From contig NIVC01000739.1 of assembly GCA_002269645.1 (NCBI GenBank), positions 124,001 through 188,000 on the forward strand: a stretch of 64,000 bases of DNA, given 5' to 3'. Below the pieces are notes generated by a model. The model was not told the DNA's origin. It searched no databases and was given only the letters and a program-made list of their open reading frames with translations. The DNA is from Macrostomum lignano (taxonomy: Eukaryota). Below, in pieces: positions 27,325 through 38,912 of this stretch (position 1 is the first letter of the stretch; each line of letters opens with the position of its first letter). A program made the translations under genes and the position numbers.

Positions 27325-27780
27325 TATCTCTAGGGGTGAGATTTCTATGCATACATATCTCTAGGGGTGAGATTTCTATGCATACATATCTCTAGGGGTG
27401 AGATTTCTTTCTATACATATCTCTAGGGGTGAGATTTCTATGCATACATATCTCTAGGGGTGAGATTTCTATGCATACATATCTCTAGGGGTGAGATTTC
27501 TATGCATACATATCTTTAGGGGTGAGATTTCTTTGTATACATATCTCTAGGGGTGAGATTTCTATGCATACATATCTCTAGGGGTGAGATTTCTATGCAT
27601 ACATATCTCTAGGGGTGAGATTTCTATGCATACATATCTCTAGGGGTGAGATTTCTATGCATACATATCTCTAGGGGTGAGATTTCTATGCATACATATC
27701 TCTAGGGGTGAGATTTCTATGCATACATATCTCTAGGGGTAAGATTTCTATGCATACATATCTCTAGGGGTGAGATTTGT
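27325..27780. repeat. 31-bp minisatellite
   Basis: Unit taggggtgagatttctatgcatacatatctc, about 14 copies. Confidence 0.95.
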
Positions 27781-29170
27781 TGTTTTAGAATTAAGATTTT
27801 ATAGTATAGTGTGAAATTCCGGGCCCTAAATTTATTGATAAGAAATCTTTTCATTCATGAATTCTACACAATTTCTGTGAATGAAAAAAAGTGGAAAACT
27901 TGATGTCGTTGGATCAACTTGTCAGTCATAGGTGAGAAGTCGAATCGTTGCAAAATCAAAAAATGGCTGTTTTTTCTACAGCTGTTTCATTAACAGAATG
28001 TTACGCCATAACTTCTCGTGTTGTAAATGCGACTTGCCATTAGCCATCCACATTTGGGAATTGCAACGTCTGCTTTAATCATATTCGAATATTTTATGAT
28101 TTCTATGTGATTTTTTATAAACTATTCGTCTTTGAAAATTAATACTAGATAGCTATGGTACGAAGCCTCTACAATTTAGACCTTGTACTTTTTATTCTTC
28201 TCTTTGGTCTAATTATGAATTCGCTAATCTGCTTGGCTACGTTTCTACGTTTATTTAGTTCTTGAGAAACATTCCGTCCTGTTTATTTTGCTGTGATAAC
28301 TTTTACTTTTCTTATTGACAAGATCGCACTCTATTTATAGTAGATGTCTGTTTTATGTGTGCAAAAAACTTCACTTGTTTTATATAGGTTTGCGTGTTCG
28401 AATTGCACTACTTACCATTGCTGCTGTAGCGTTTGTTTTCATCTTATACAGAAATAAACTTTGCTATCAGCTAGCATGTCTTATTTATATTTTTACGGTG
28501 AAGTTGCCGTCGGTCTTGAAGTTAATTTCACTAGATTAAATTCACATAGTTCACTGTAGGTTAGTTTGAATATAATGTAGCAAATAGCCTGGAAAGTTTA
28601 TCACAGATCTCTATCTGCGAGAGGTGTCCGGAGAGTTCTGGCACTTTTAATCACAGAGCAAGAACAGTAGCAGCCGCAAGCACAACTTTGGCGTACATTT
28701 TAAAGCGGCACATCTCTTCTTACCTATGAATTTAGTCGCATTTATTTTAGTCATTTCATTCAAAAGTAATGTACCATGCACCATTATGAGTGTGCAATCG
28801 AAAAAAGGGCCAAAGGCACGGAATGCTCAAGCGATGAGTAGTGGGTTGCTACAGGTGAAGACTATGTTGAGAAGGCTGCCTTGAAGGTTGATGATGAATG
28901 ACTACAATTCGTTTCTTTGAGGACAAATTATCGCCTTTTATATTTTTTAAACTTTTACTGTAAGACTGTCGGTGGCATTGGGATGGTTTTTCACACACAA
29001 CTTTTAAATGAAATGATTAAAATGCACGCGGCTGAATTCATTGGAAAGAAGAGATGTGCTGCTTTAAAATGACACCAACGTTGTGCTTGCGGCTGCTACT
29101 GTTTTTGCTCTGGGGTTAAAAGTGTCAAAACTTTCCGGACACCCCTCGTAGTCTACATACTGTAAAAAAC

Positions 29171-29469
29171 CATACATGCGCAACAGTCGGCCGAGTCGGC
29201 CGATCCGGCCGACCGATTTGGCGGCCAACCAAGGAAGTCGCAAAAATGCCCACCCGAAAACGCCCACTACGTAGTATTAGTACTAAGTAGCTGACGAGGC
29301 ATTTTGACTTAATAAGACAGTCATAGTTACTCTTGCCGTTTACCCAAAGTTGCGTTAATTTTTCGTTGTTTTTTTTACATGTAAGTCGCATTTTTGGCCA
29401 AAAACTTCGTCGCATTTTGTTAAAACTAAGTCGCAAGGCCGACCGAATTTTGGAGGTTGCGCATGTATG
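29171..29469. mobile_element. 299-bp MITE with 8-bp TSD (hAT or P superfamily)
   Basis: Perfect 14-bp TIR CATACATGCGCAAC / GTTGCGCATGTATG; TSD TAAAAAAC at 29163-29170 and 29470-29477. Confidence 0.85.
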
Positions 29470-30282
29470 TAAAAAACCATCTGTAAATTTTATTTGTGTC
29501 GAAAACTGCATTCGATTCGAGCACTGGGTACAGGAGCCATCATAACCCTTAAAAATATCTGATAAGCAGAAATACGCTCGTATGCTTTGCTCTCAGGCAA
29601 ATAAAGCATCTTCTGGATCATATTACGCTAGTAAAAGCAACCTGTCTATTCCCAATGGCTATATTTCCTGTGCTCAGTGCTTGAATATCGAATGTAGTTA
29701 CTTAACAGAAAAAAATAACCAGTGTTTTCTTTCGGTATGCAGCGTTGACTAGAGATCGGCGCTATAACTGTAGCTGAGTAAACTTGCTCAATAGTTTATT
29801 ATAGTTGCTCTCCTGTGTGTACGATGCTGTAATTTGATCATGCATGCATACTGTCTTCTTGTGTCTACTCTGCTCAGACAATCTAGTTAGCTAGTTTTAT
29901 TGATCCACTGGAATCCCGTGTTTGAATCTCTTTTAATCCTGTTTGTCGTATTACCGTAGTTTGCCTTCTGTGTTATGTCCCGAAGCAGCTCTCATCCAAG
30001 TTGGCTTACCGGGTCTGTCTTTAAACATCTGTCATGCTTCAGTGAAACCATGACAGCGAACACCCGTCAGCCTTTGATTGTAATAGGGCTTTGTACTTTT
30101 TCGGGGAAGGACAGGAAGGAAACAGTCAGATGGAGCGGGTTTTAAAAACTCATCTTCGTCTCTCCTATTGGTCTGCATTTCATTCCGTGCTTCACTAATC
30201 CCACTGTCTTTCCTATATGGTAAGTGCAGGAAAATGTACCCGCATAAGTTACACTGAATTCAATCTGTTTTGCTGCATTGAA

Positions 30283-31610
30283 ATGAATACAGCTAGAGGC
30301 GTTGCCAACAATGAAGAAGAGTCCGATACAGCTTCCTTAGCTTCGTCGAGCTCTTTGACGGATATTACTGGATTGACAAATCGACTGCTCGGTCCTTCGG
30401 CAACCTATCCTCCTGACGCTGGCATCTACGCTGAATGTCGTTTGCTTGCTCCTTCGGTTGCCTGTTTGGCCACTGCTAATCAGAAAGCTTGTAGTGACCT
30501 TGGAAATGACAGCAATGATGCTAGTAACGATTCCGAAGACGGTAGTGGCTGGTTAGTACCACCTTCATCAGATTCTTTGCTATCGTCATCGGAAGCTGTG
30601 GCATCGAATTCGGCTTCATCATCAATGCCACCGTCGCGACTTGATGGCAAAGCCGCTCGCGAGGCTCTTCAACGCTACGTAGCAGATCGGCACGGTGTGC
30701 GGGGCCCCGACTGTCTGTGCGGCGCTGGCCGAGCCGCTGCGGCCATGGAATTGCGCGGCCTGCACCACGGCTGCTCAGTGGCCTATCGTTGCGAACTGCT
30801 AGTCGAGCGTCGTCGACTTCAATGGCGCTGTTTGCCGTATACTGATGAAGATGGTTCAAAACGTCAAGTAGTGTTAGACGCGGATGGTAGTCCAGCACCA
30901 CCGGAATCGCCATGGGATATTGTTGTACCAGGCGGCGAACTTGACGACGAACGGTTGAAGCACTGGCTAGAAGGCAAAGCTACTGTTGCCGTGCCGGGCA
31001 CGGAATCGATTCGTTCTTGCGGCTACTGTCGCGGTCGAGGTCGCATTCGATGCAGCGATTGTCGCTCGGGCGGTAAACCGCCTCAACCTTGTCCAGCTTG
31101 CGGTAGCGACAGTAAAAAGAAACCATCGACTGATGACAGCGCTTTCTGTAGTTTCTGCGGCGGTACTACCGGATTTTTACGCTGCAGTCGATGCAGCTCG
31201 AATGGAACCTACGTCTGTCCATTGTGCGAGGGTCGGCGTCGCTTAGTTTGGTACCTAGAGTTGTACGTCGTTTGGCAGCGTCGAGGTGAGACTCGCTTAG
31301 CCGAAGCTTCAATAGTGATTGACGATCCGCAGTTTCTTGGCTTGCGCTTGAGCCAATTCGGCTCGGAGATTTATCGCGACGAGGCGCGTAGGCTGGCTCC
31401 GTTGACGCCGGATCGATGCGCCGACGATAGGGCGCGCAGATTCTCGCGCGAATTGCTCCCGGCACTATTGCAGCATCAATCGGCGCTAGGGCGCGTCTTA
31501 GCTATGCGGCATAGTGTGTCAGCGTCTTCGGTTACAGCCGTGGACTGGGAGCTGTCTGGTAGGCTGTCTGGTTTCCCGATTATCCTGGGCGAGTGTGCCA
31601 GATTCTCTGA
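30283..31610 (+). CDS. SSUH2: SSUH2 homologue (DnaJ-like CxxCxGxG zinc-finger repeats), C-terminus in a shifted frame
   Basis: AREALQRYV, PWDIVVP, repeated CxxC(xG) motifs and LVWYLELYVVW match the SSUH2 layout; the tail VWFPDYPGRVCQIL* is in the -1 frame at 31566-31610; start codon uncertain. Confidence 0.75.
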
Positions 31611-32841
31611 GGCTGTGTCGTTTGCGGAATCTATTGTCAAATGTGGAAGATTCAACGCATTCTACTTTTAAATCCTTTATGCGCGAGCTTCGAATAGCTT
31701 CTATAATCTTATAGAATTTGACCTGCCGCTAAATTTCTTTTGGTCTACGGCCAACAGTCAAAAATCGTCCTTTAACAGCTCATTAAGAACCGCCACCTCC
31801 CATAAGCTGTTGCTACTAGCAATTCCGTCATAAAATCCTTAACAAAGACAGACAGACTTTTTAGGCATATTGTACTAACCTGCATTGTGCCAGTCTAATC
31901 ATAATTTTGTTTGTTTGTTTCGACGTTGTGTTATCTACTCACCTGCTTATGATTTCATCAGTTTTCTTAAGGTTAACTGCCTCCTTTGGCAGTATTGGCT
32001 TGTCCTTTCTACCTGCTTGATATCATATTTCTTGGTATATGTTTCAGTCACATGTTGAGTAAATATAAATACTGAAATCGTTATCGAACTACACTGTCTA
32101 TTGGGTACATTATCTGCCTATTTGTTTCTTATTTGGCTTCCTTTTGAGCTCGATTTTATGTCAAATTACTTTGACGTTTTATATGGTTACTAGAGTACGA
32201 TTTAGCAGCCTTGAATTTGTCCCGATTACTAAATATACTCTAAAGGATTGTGTTGTTAGCTCTGTCTCCCAGGTGGAGTGAATAGAATTGGCTGATATTT
32301 CTGTCTTTTACGAGCTAGCTCCATTTTCCAGCGTAGATAAAAGCTTTTTTGTACTTTAACGAACGATTGACACCAGTATCTTCTAGACAAAATTTCTTGC
32401 TGCTTTTGCAGACAATTTCTGCTTCTTGCAAAATCGATTCGTTCATTCGTTGGTAACTTCTAGCAGCACATTCTTTTATCTTTTCTATTCCTGATTTAGT
32501 AATTGCTCGTAAATAATTATGTTATTGAAATGGTTGACCCCATTATGGGAAATTTGCTTCTATTTAGGAAGCCAAAAATCCAAGATGTGACGGAATCTAA
32601 TTGAATCGTAATAAAGATCTATCCTATGTGTGCTATCCTCCTGTAGAATTGGGGAAATTTAGTAAACACAGTATGTTTCTCGTCAGTTTCTACAACTGCT
32701 TAATCTCAACCTATCTGATGCCTTTTTATCTCGGTCTGTCCATTTTAAACTAACTGACGGTTATCCATACACATCAATTTATAAACACCTCATTTCAATT
32801 TCCAACACCTTAAAAACCCAGCCCTACACCAAAACTTGCAG

Positions 32842-33510
32842 CCGTCACCAAACCGTACAAAGTTCAACTTAGAAGAAGCGCTCCAGCTTCTCCCAATTCA
32901 CTCTTCGCAACAAGCCGCGGTGTGCGGGTTCACCGGTACAGTGGCTTATTATCACTACGGATGCGATGGCTTGAACGACGCGGGCTGGGGCTGCGGCTAT
33001 CGGGCCTGTCAAACTCAGCTGCACTGGCTGTTGAGCAATTCGAAACTTCAGCATCCCGATCCGGAAGTGCCGGCCATACCCGCAATGCAATCGGCTTTAG
33101 TTGCTATGGGCGATAAGCCGCCCAGTTTTACTGGATCTCGCGAATGGATCGGCTGTCTAGAAGCCGCCTACCTTGCAGATAAATTCGCTAATCGAAGGTG
33201 TCAGATATTGCATCAGAATAGTCAATCGAGCGAAGTCAATGTCGATGTGAAATCGTTGAAGAAACACTTTGAGGATGTCGGCTGTCCAGTGATGATGGGC
33301 GGTCATACTGACGCGTCTGCTAAGACTGTTCTGGCTGTGTCAGGTTCCGATACGGATCTGTTGCTGTTGGATCCTCACTATGGCCGAGTGGTCAATAGTC
33401 CTCCGTTAAGTCTTAGTGGCTTAGTTCACGAAGGCTGGCTCTCGTGGCGTAGTGTTGATTCTTTAACTGAGACCGCGTTTTACAATATGTGTCTGCCTTT
33501 AACTGATTGA
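32842..33510 (+). CDS. UFSP1: UFM1-specific peptidase 1 (peptidase C78); true start unresolved
   Basis: YYHYGCDGLNDAGWGCGYRACQT (catalytic Cys), MGDKPPSFTGSREWIG, PVMMGG and LLLLDPHY (Asp-His); short single-domain form fits UFSP1. Confidence 0.85.
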   Translation, partial: PSPNRTKFNLEEALQLLPIHSSQQAAVCGFTGTVAYYHYGCDGLNDAGWGCGYRACQTQLHWLLSNSKLQHPDPEVPAIPAMQSALVAMGDKPPSFTGSREWIGCLEAAYLADKFANRRCQILHQNSQSSEVNVDVKSLKKHFEDVGCPVMMGGHTDASAKTVLAVSGSDTDLLLLDPHYGRVVNSPPLSLSGLVHEGWLSWRSVDSLTETAFYNMCLPLTD

Positions 33511-33599
33511 TTTGCTGTCAGGTTTGAAGTCTAGTGAAATGTTTAAATCTGGAGCAAGGTTATAATAAGGGTTGCTTAAGCCAGTAGTTTGTGAACTGC

Positions 33600-34160
33600 G
33601 GAGTCCTGTGTGGAAAGCTTGTCAAAATACTTAGTGAACTTTGTCAGAAGACTTGTGAAGATTGACAGAAGACTTTGTGAAGATTGGCAGAAGATTTTGT
33701 GAAGATTGCCAGAAGACTATGTGAAGCTTGGCAGAAGACTTTGTGAAGATAGACAGAAGGCTTTTCAGAAGACTTTGTGAAGCTTGGCAGAAGACTTTGT
33801 GAAGATTGCCAGAAGATTTTGTGAAGATTGCCAGAAGACTTTGTGAAGATTGATAGAAGACTTTGGGAAGATTGCCAGAAACCTTTGTGAAGATTGCTAG
33901 AAGACTTTGTGAATCTTGGCAGAACACATTGTGAAGATTGACACAAGACTTTGTGAAGATTGGCAGAAAACTTTGTAAAGATTGCCAGAAGATTTTGTGA
34001 AGATGGACAGAAGACTTTGTGAAGATTGACAGAAGACTTTGTGAAGATTGCCAGAAGATTTTGTGAAGATTGACAGAAGACTTTGTGAAGCTTGGCAGAA
34101 GACTTTGTGAAGATTGCCAGAAGATTTTGTGAAGATTGCCAGAAAACTTTGTGAAGCTTG
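33600..34160. repeat. 22-bp minisatellite
   Basis: Unit agaagactttgtgaagattgac. Confidence 0.95.
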
Positions 34161-34358
34161 AAACTTGTGTGATCTTGAAACTTATCTGCTTGAATATAAT
34201 TCGGAATTCCCTTCTAGACTGTTCCGTGATTAACTTGCATTCCAGAATTTTAAAGCAACAAAGCTTTAGAAATCGTAGATTATAGGCTAATTCTAATCTG
34301 CAGATAAGTCGTAGAGAACGCTAGCATTGATAAGCACCCCGTGTTTAACTTGCTGCCT

Positions 34359-34636
34359 AGTAGAAGGCATGAGGGGGCTTCTGGGACAAAATTTTTCACC
34401 TCCTCCATAATCCCATTAAATCCATCTATATTATCCCTGACAGAATCAGAAAAAAAGGGGGGTCGCACTCGCTCACAAAACGTCCTCCATAATCCCATTA
34501 AATCCATCCATATTATCCCCGACAGAATCATGAAAAAGTGGAGGGGTCGCACTTGCTCCGAAAACTTCGAACATAATCGTATTAAATCCATCCATATTAT
34601 CCCTGACAGAATCAGTGCATAACAGATTTCCACTAA
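34359..34636 (+). repeat. Left terminal inverted repeat of the Polinton (278 bp)
   Basis: Reverse complement of 49543-49843 with about 12 mismatches; three internal ~80-bp sub-repeats. Confidence 0.93.
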
Positions 34637-34836
34637 CACCTGTTATGTTCACTGACACTGACATAATCCACTGACATCCACCCATAGCATCTTCGAAACA
34701 ATCAGAAAAAAAATCTGCATTCTTCTCCCCATGGGGCCCACATTCAATCCGAAGCGGCGAAACCAGATCCCTAAAACTTTAAATCCCCTAACCCAGGGTC
34801 CTTACCCTTTGAAAAAAATTAAATTTTCTCTAAAAA

Positions 34837-35079
34837 ATGTTTCCAGTTGTCTCTCCAGGTTCTTATTATACTCAGCCTAATCCATTGTACAAATCCAAGT
34901 ACCAATGCAAACTTGAATGCAGCGAGTACATGAGAAAATATTGGCCCAACGTTGATATCAATGTCCCTAATATTAATCTAGCTCTCCAAAGACACTGGTT
35001 TCATAAGTATGGAGTAACCTACGTAAAAGATTACGACAGCTACTATAACTTTGCAGAAATCATTAAGCAATTGCGTTAA
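34837..35079 (+). CDS. Polinton orphan protein, 80 aa, Tyr/Trp-rich
   Basis: TAAAAA-ATG start context like the other element genes; family not recognised. Confidence 0.55.
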   Translation: MFPVVSPGSYYTQPNPLYKSKYQCKLECSEYMRKYWPNVDINVPNINLALQRHWFHKYGVTYVKDYDSYYNFAEIIKQLR

Positions 35080-35084
35080 AAACT

Positions 35085-35186
35085 GAAAGGCCAAAAGGCC
35101 AAAAGGCCAAAAGGCCAAAAGGCCAAAAGGCCAAAAAGGCCAAAAGGCCAAAAGGCCAAAAAGGCCAAAAGGCCAAAAGGCCAAAA
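35085..35186. repeat. GGCCAAAA(A) tandem array
   Basis: About 12 short units immediately after ORF 34837. Confidence 0.9.
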
Positions 35187-35460
35187 CCCTTTTCATTTTG
35201 GCCTTGCGCGAGGCCGAAATCGTTTGCATTCTGGCCTTCCCTCGAGACGGAATTCTTCCTCGGCTGGGCTCAGTTAAAGTGAAAATCTCTCTCCCCCACG
35301 CGCGCTGCGCCCACATACATACACTCCCCTCTCCCCCACACACGCGACGCCCGCGCCCACAACCTGTCAGAATGGGGTAAGAGATTTTGAGTACACATGC
35401 GCGCATTTTTTTCATACCACTCTATTCTCTGCAAGCATACTTAAAAGGGAACGCATTTTC

Positions 35461-36323
35461 TCACATTCTCTCAATGATCAACGTCAATACAAACTCTTCA
35501 CCGTTGAAATCAACACTCACCCCATCTTCAGTCTCAAGCTGTAGCACAATCTCGTGAATCTCCTTATTACTCAATACAACTCTTTTCACTGGATTTGGTT
35601 TCTCTACCACCATCTGTCCTCCAGCTACAGAGTTGGAGATGTTGTACAAAATATTAGTTCGCTTTCCTTTAAATACCCAATCAAGACTGAGATTAGTTCT
35701 GATTAGAATATTCAAACCCTTTACAATGTCTGCTATATTGGGTGCTAAGAACAAACCGCGTACACTTTCCCGGGCCATGATAACGGCCCCGTCGCTTGAG
35801 TGGCGGTCCGCGCCGCGGATTCTGCCTTATAAACTTTCTTCTCGAATCCTAATTCCCTATACCAAGTGTCATCTTTAAACTCAACCTCCGCATTTTTGTG
35901 AACTTGCATGACCACTCTCATTACAGTGAGATCATAGGTTAGTTTGACAGGGAACATTTTTTTATCTGGCTTACTCGCATCAGGTGTCTCAAAATGGCCT
36001 CTCTTAGTAAAGACATTTTCTAGAAAGTTATTGTAGGTATCCACACTCTGCGTGCTCACATGGAATACCACAGGGTCTGCTGCTGCACCTTTCCATTTGT
36101 AATAAAACTTATTATTTGCTGCCGACACATTGGGAACGTTTGACCAACCAGTGAAGTCGTTAAGATAGACATGGTAATTAGCGCCTGGATCCAGGCGAAT
36201 CGCCTGCTCTAATTTTTCAACAAACATCCCGTTTGAGTCATTAATTCGCCCAGTTATTGTAATAGGAATGCTCTCCTTGGAGTGTGAAACAATGTTGTTT
36301 AGTCTTTCGGCTATAGCTTCCAT
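35461..36323 (-). CDS. Minor capsid protein (penton-like), one frameshift; 287 aa if restored
   Basis: PNVSAANNKFYY and NILYNI...VVEKPNP...IVLQLETEDGVSVDFNGEEFVLTL motifs, adjacent to the MCP; adding one G to the G-run near 35790 joins ORFs 35745-36323 and 35461-35778. Confidence 0.8.
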
Positions 36324-36343
36324 TTTTTGTCCTAAAAAAATAT

Positions 36344-37630
36344 TTAAACTTTACTGGATGAATTGTTGATCATGTTAAGCTTCACCTTCCTCTCAAATGC
36401 ATAGATAATGTACAAGTCCACGGGTGTTGCGACAGTCCTCTCAATGTTAGTCACGATATTCACAGGGCTGTTATCAGTAGGCATTTGTCTGGCAGACACA
36501 TCAGCTCCAAACATCGGATATAGAGTTCCATATTGAAGAGCAGTGATAGCAATTCCATTGTTCTCTTTCACAGCCAAGTCGACCAACTCGCTATAAAATT
36601 TGCTAATCTTGTTCTGACTGAAATCTCCATTTTGTGGCAGTGCAGGGTAAAGATTATCACTGATTTCATGCTGAATGGACCGCACGTCTCCATGCATGTA
36701 GCGTATAATGCTATTTGGGTTTCTCATATTAATAATGATATACCTTGGATTGCTGCATGATCCCTCTTTGATGCAGATGTTTGTTCTAGTTTCGTTACGC
36801 TCATCTCGACACATGTAGGCCGTGTATGCAACATCAATGTCCTTCTCTATTGCCTTGAGATAATCTGCTTTTAGTGCAGTCTTTGGCTCAATGACTTCCA
36901 AATACAGCTCGATTCCGGTTAGCTTCACCTCCATCCTTGTGTGGTCCGCCCCAGTCCACAACACTCTACTGCGATCATCTCTAGTCATCTTAAAGGTGTA
37001 GCTAAAGTTACTAGTCAGTGGATTAAATGTATTACAGAATCCACTCATAAATCTCAGTGGTACAAATACATCAACAGACCGATACAGCGGGTTTTTAGCA
37101 GCATCATCAGCACCTTGCAATGCATAGTTGTATCTCTTCTTCCTCTTTTTATAGCCACTGTCATTGATGTCTCCTTCTTTTTCATCTGCAATAAAACCCG
37201 CACCACTTCCCAACTGAATAAAATCAGGATTCTCGATCAAACAATGAGCGTCATAGACAATTCCAAAGTTGGCGATTCGCTCCAACTCAGTGCTCCCATT
37301 CGATACACTAAACTCCTTGAACATGTACGCCCAAAAGTTACTGATCAGAGCCACATCCGCATCATGCTTGTCAACGTTAGCACGAGCCGCATCCGCACCA
37401 CCCTTTGTCTTGAATTGAAATGTCATATGGAAGCCGCTCTTAAGACTGTGCACACTAACCAAAGACGAACATCCATTGTATGTAAATGTCAGTGTTTGAC
37501 CAGGACCAAGATTAGTTTCATTCTGATTTTCCTGACTGGGAACTCTTACCTGAGTCGCTTTGATTGTGCTATCATCACTCAAAATAGGCTTGTTAATTTT
37601 GTAGAAAACTGGTGTCAGTGGGTCGTTCAT
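36344..37630 (-). CDS. Major capsid protein (double jelly-roll, hexon-like), 428 aa, intact
   Basis: Size, beta-strand-rich pattern, LISNFWAYMF...NGSTELERI segment typical of Polinton MCPs, position next to the penton. Confidence 0.8.
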   Translation of the reverse strand: MNDPLTPVFYKINKPILSDDSTIKATQVRVPSQENQNETNLGPGQTLTFTYNGCSSLVSVHSLKSGFHMTFQFKTKGGADAARANVDKHDADVALISNFWAYMFKEFSVSNGSTELERIANFGIVYDAHCLIENPDFIQLGSGAGFIADEKEGDINDSGYKKRKKRYNYALQGADDAAKNPLYRSVDVFVPLRFMSGFCNTFNPLTSNFSYTFKMTRDDRSRVLWTGADHTRMEVKLTGIELYLEVIEPKTALKADYLKAIEKDIDVAYTAYMCRDERNETRTNICIKEGSCSNPRYIIINMRNPNSIIRYMHGDVRSIQHEISDNLYPALPQNGDFSQNKISKFYSELVDLAVKENNGIAITALQYGTLYPMFGADVSARQMPTDNSPVNIVTNIERTVATPVDLYIIYAFERKVKLNMINNSSSKV

Positions 37631-37660
37631 TTTTTAACTAAAAATAAAATAAAATAAGAA

Positions 37661-38896
37661 ATGAAGCGAAAAAGTACACAGCAGATATCTGAATTGGAGA
37701 AGCTAGCACAAGCAGAGAAACGAGTTACCGGGCTAATAAATAAGGAGCAACAATCCTACAATGAGTTTGTCCAAGCAGCCACAGAGTTTCATAAGCCCGG
37801 GTATGGAGAAGCTAAGAAAAATATTGATCAGGTCAAAGAAACTATCGACGACATACAGGAAACCCAAGTGCAAAAGGTTTTGGGTAAAATTCCAGAAGCA
37901 CCACAGATACAACCGCAACCACAGACACAACCGCAACCACAACAATCACAACAACAATCACAACCACATCAATCACAACTAAAAGTGACAGATAACATTT
38001 TTGGACCAGTAGAGCGTGTCGAACATGATGGGAAATATGTATTTGGAATAAGTATGTGGAGAAGAAACATTTATAATGAACCAGTGGAATATTATATCGA
38101 CATAAATAAGAAACATATTTCTGTTGTCAAAGGCTCGGAAACTAAGAGCATTCCTTTCACAGAAACCTTACTGACTTTTATGACCAAGAACCAAGAGAGA
38201 ATCTCGGACAAACAGCTAAAGAACTATAGAGATCTAGTGACTTTTTCTCTTGCTAGAGATATAGCAATACTAAAGGCCCCAGAAGTCCTGAGACTTATGT
38301 ATGATAACGGTGTCAACCTGACTAGATTCAAAAAGTACAATCACTTTAAACAATGGTTCGATTTGCCAGATCAGGGGGAAGTCATTGATCAGATGAAATA
38401 TCTAGAACAACAACAACAACAGCAACAACAACCACAACCACAGCAGCAGCAACATTTCACAGAAGTACTCAGGCAACTGGAAAATGCAGATCCGACTCAA
38501 GTAGCTAAATATAAAAATGATCACCCAACAGACTGGCAACGCTTAGAACAACACTCTCCAGATCGAATGAATAGAATCAATCAAAGAGTTTTCACACCTC
38601 AACAAAGACAGGCACCAAATGACAGTTCCATCTCTGAAAGTGAGCAGTCTTTTGCATCACCTCCCCAGCAGCTACAAGCCCAACCAACTCCACAACCCCA
38701 AGACCAACCGCCCTCAACTGGAAAAGGAATTTCTGAAATCTACAAGCGAGTAGCGGTTCTTCTAGGAGCGGCAAAGACCGGAATGAAAGATGAAAATAGA
38801 AAAGAATTTGTCAACATCCTGGACAAAATGCTTGAGAGAAAATACATCGATAAGAGGGCGAGAGAGCTTCTGCTTTCGCGGTTCAACAAAAAATAA
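37661..38896 (+). CDS. Gln-rich Polinton protein, 411 aa, function unknown
   Basis: Long open frame; C-terminal helical motif YKRVAVLLGAAKTG...EFVNILDKML resembles a recurrent Polinton motif (from recall). Confidence 0.75.
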   Translation: MKRKSTQQISELEKLAQAEKRVTGLINKEQQSYNEFVQAATEFHKPGYGEAKKNIDQVKETIDDIQETQVQKVLGKIPEAPQIQPQPQTQPQPQQSQQQSQPHQSQLKVTDNIFGPVERVEHDGKYVFGISMWRRNIYNEPVEYYIDINKKHISVVKGSETKSIPFTETLLTFMTKNQERISDKQLKNYRDLVTFSLARDIAILKAPEVLRLMYDNGVNLTRFKKYNHFKQWFDLPDQGEVIDQMKYLEQQQQQQQQPQPQQQQHFTEVLRQLENADPTQVAKYKNDHPTDWQRLEQHSPDRMNRINQRVFTPQQRQAPNDSSISESEQSFASPPQQLQAQPTPQPQDQPPSTGKGISEIYKRVAVLLGAAKTGMKDENRKEFVNILDKMLERKYIDKRARELLLSRFNKK

Positions 38897-38912
38897 TTTA
38901 TTTCAAGTAAAA

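Noticed and set aside
24305-27780. Regular ~30-bp repeat arrays resembling CRISPR
   Set aside because: Units are directly adjacent with no unique spacers, there are no cas genes, and the context is eukaryotic
33631-33946. ORFs with SSQSLL repeats
   Set aside because: Translation of the 22-bp minisatellite
34280-34685. ORFs overlapping the left TIR, mirrored at 49611-49973
   Set aside because: They arise from TIR sequence and cross the element boundary
36941-37657. 238-aa plus-strand ORF
   Set aside because: Antisense shadow of the major capsid gene, with no motifs and no oligo-A start
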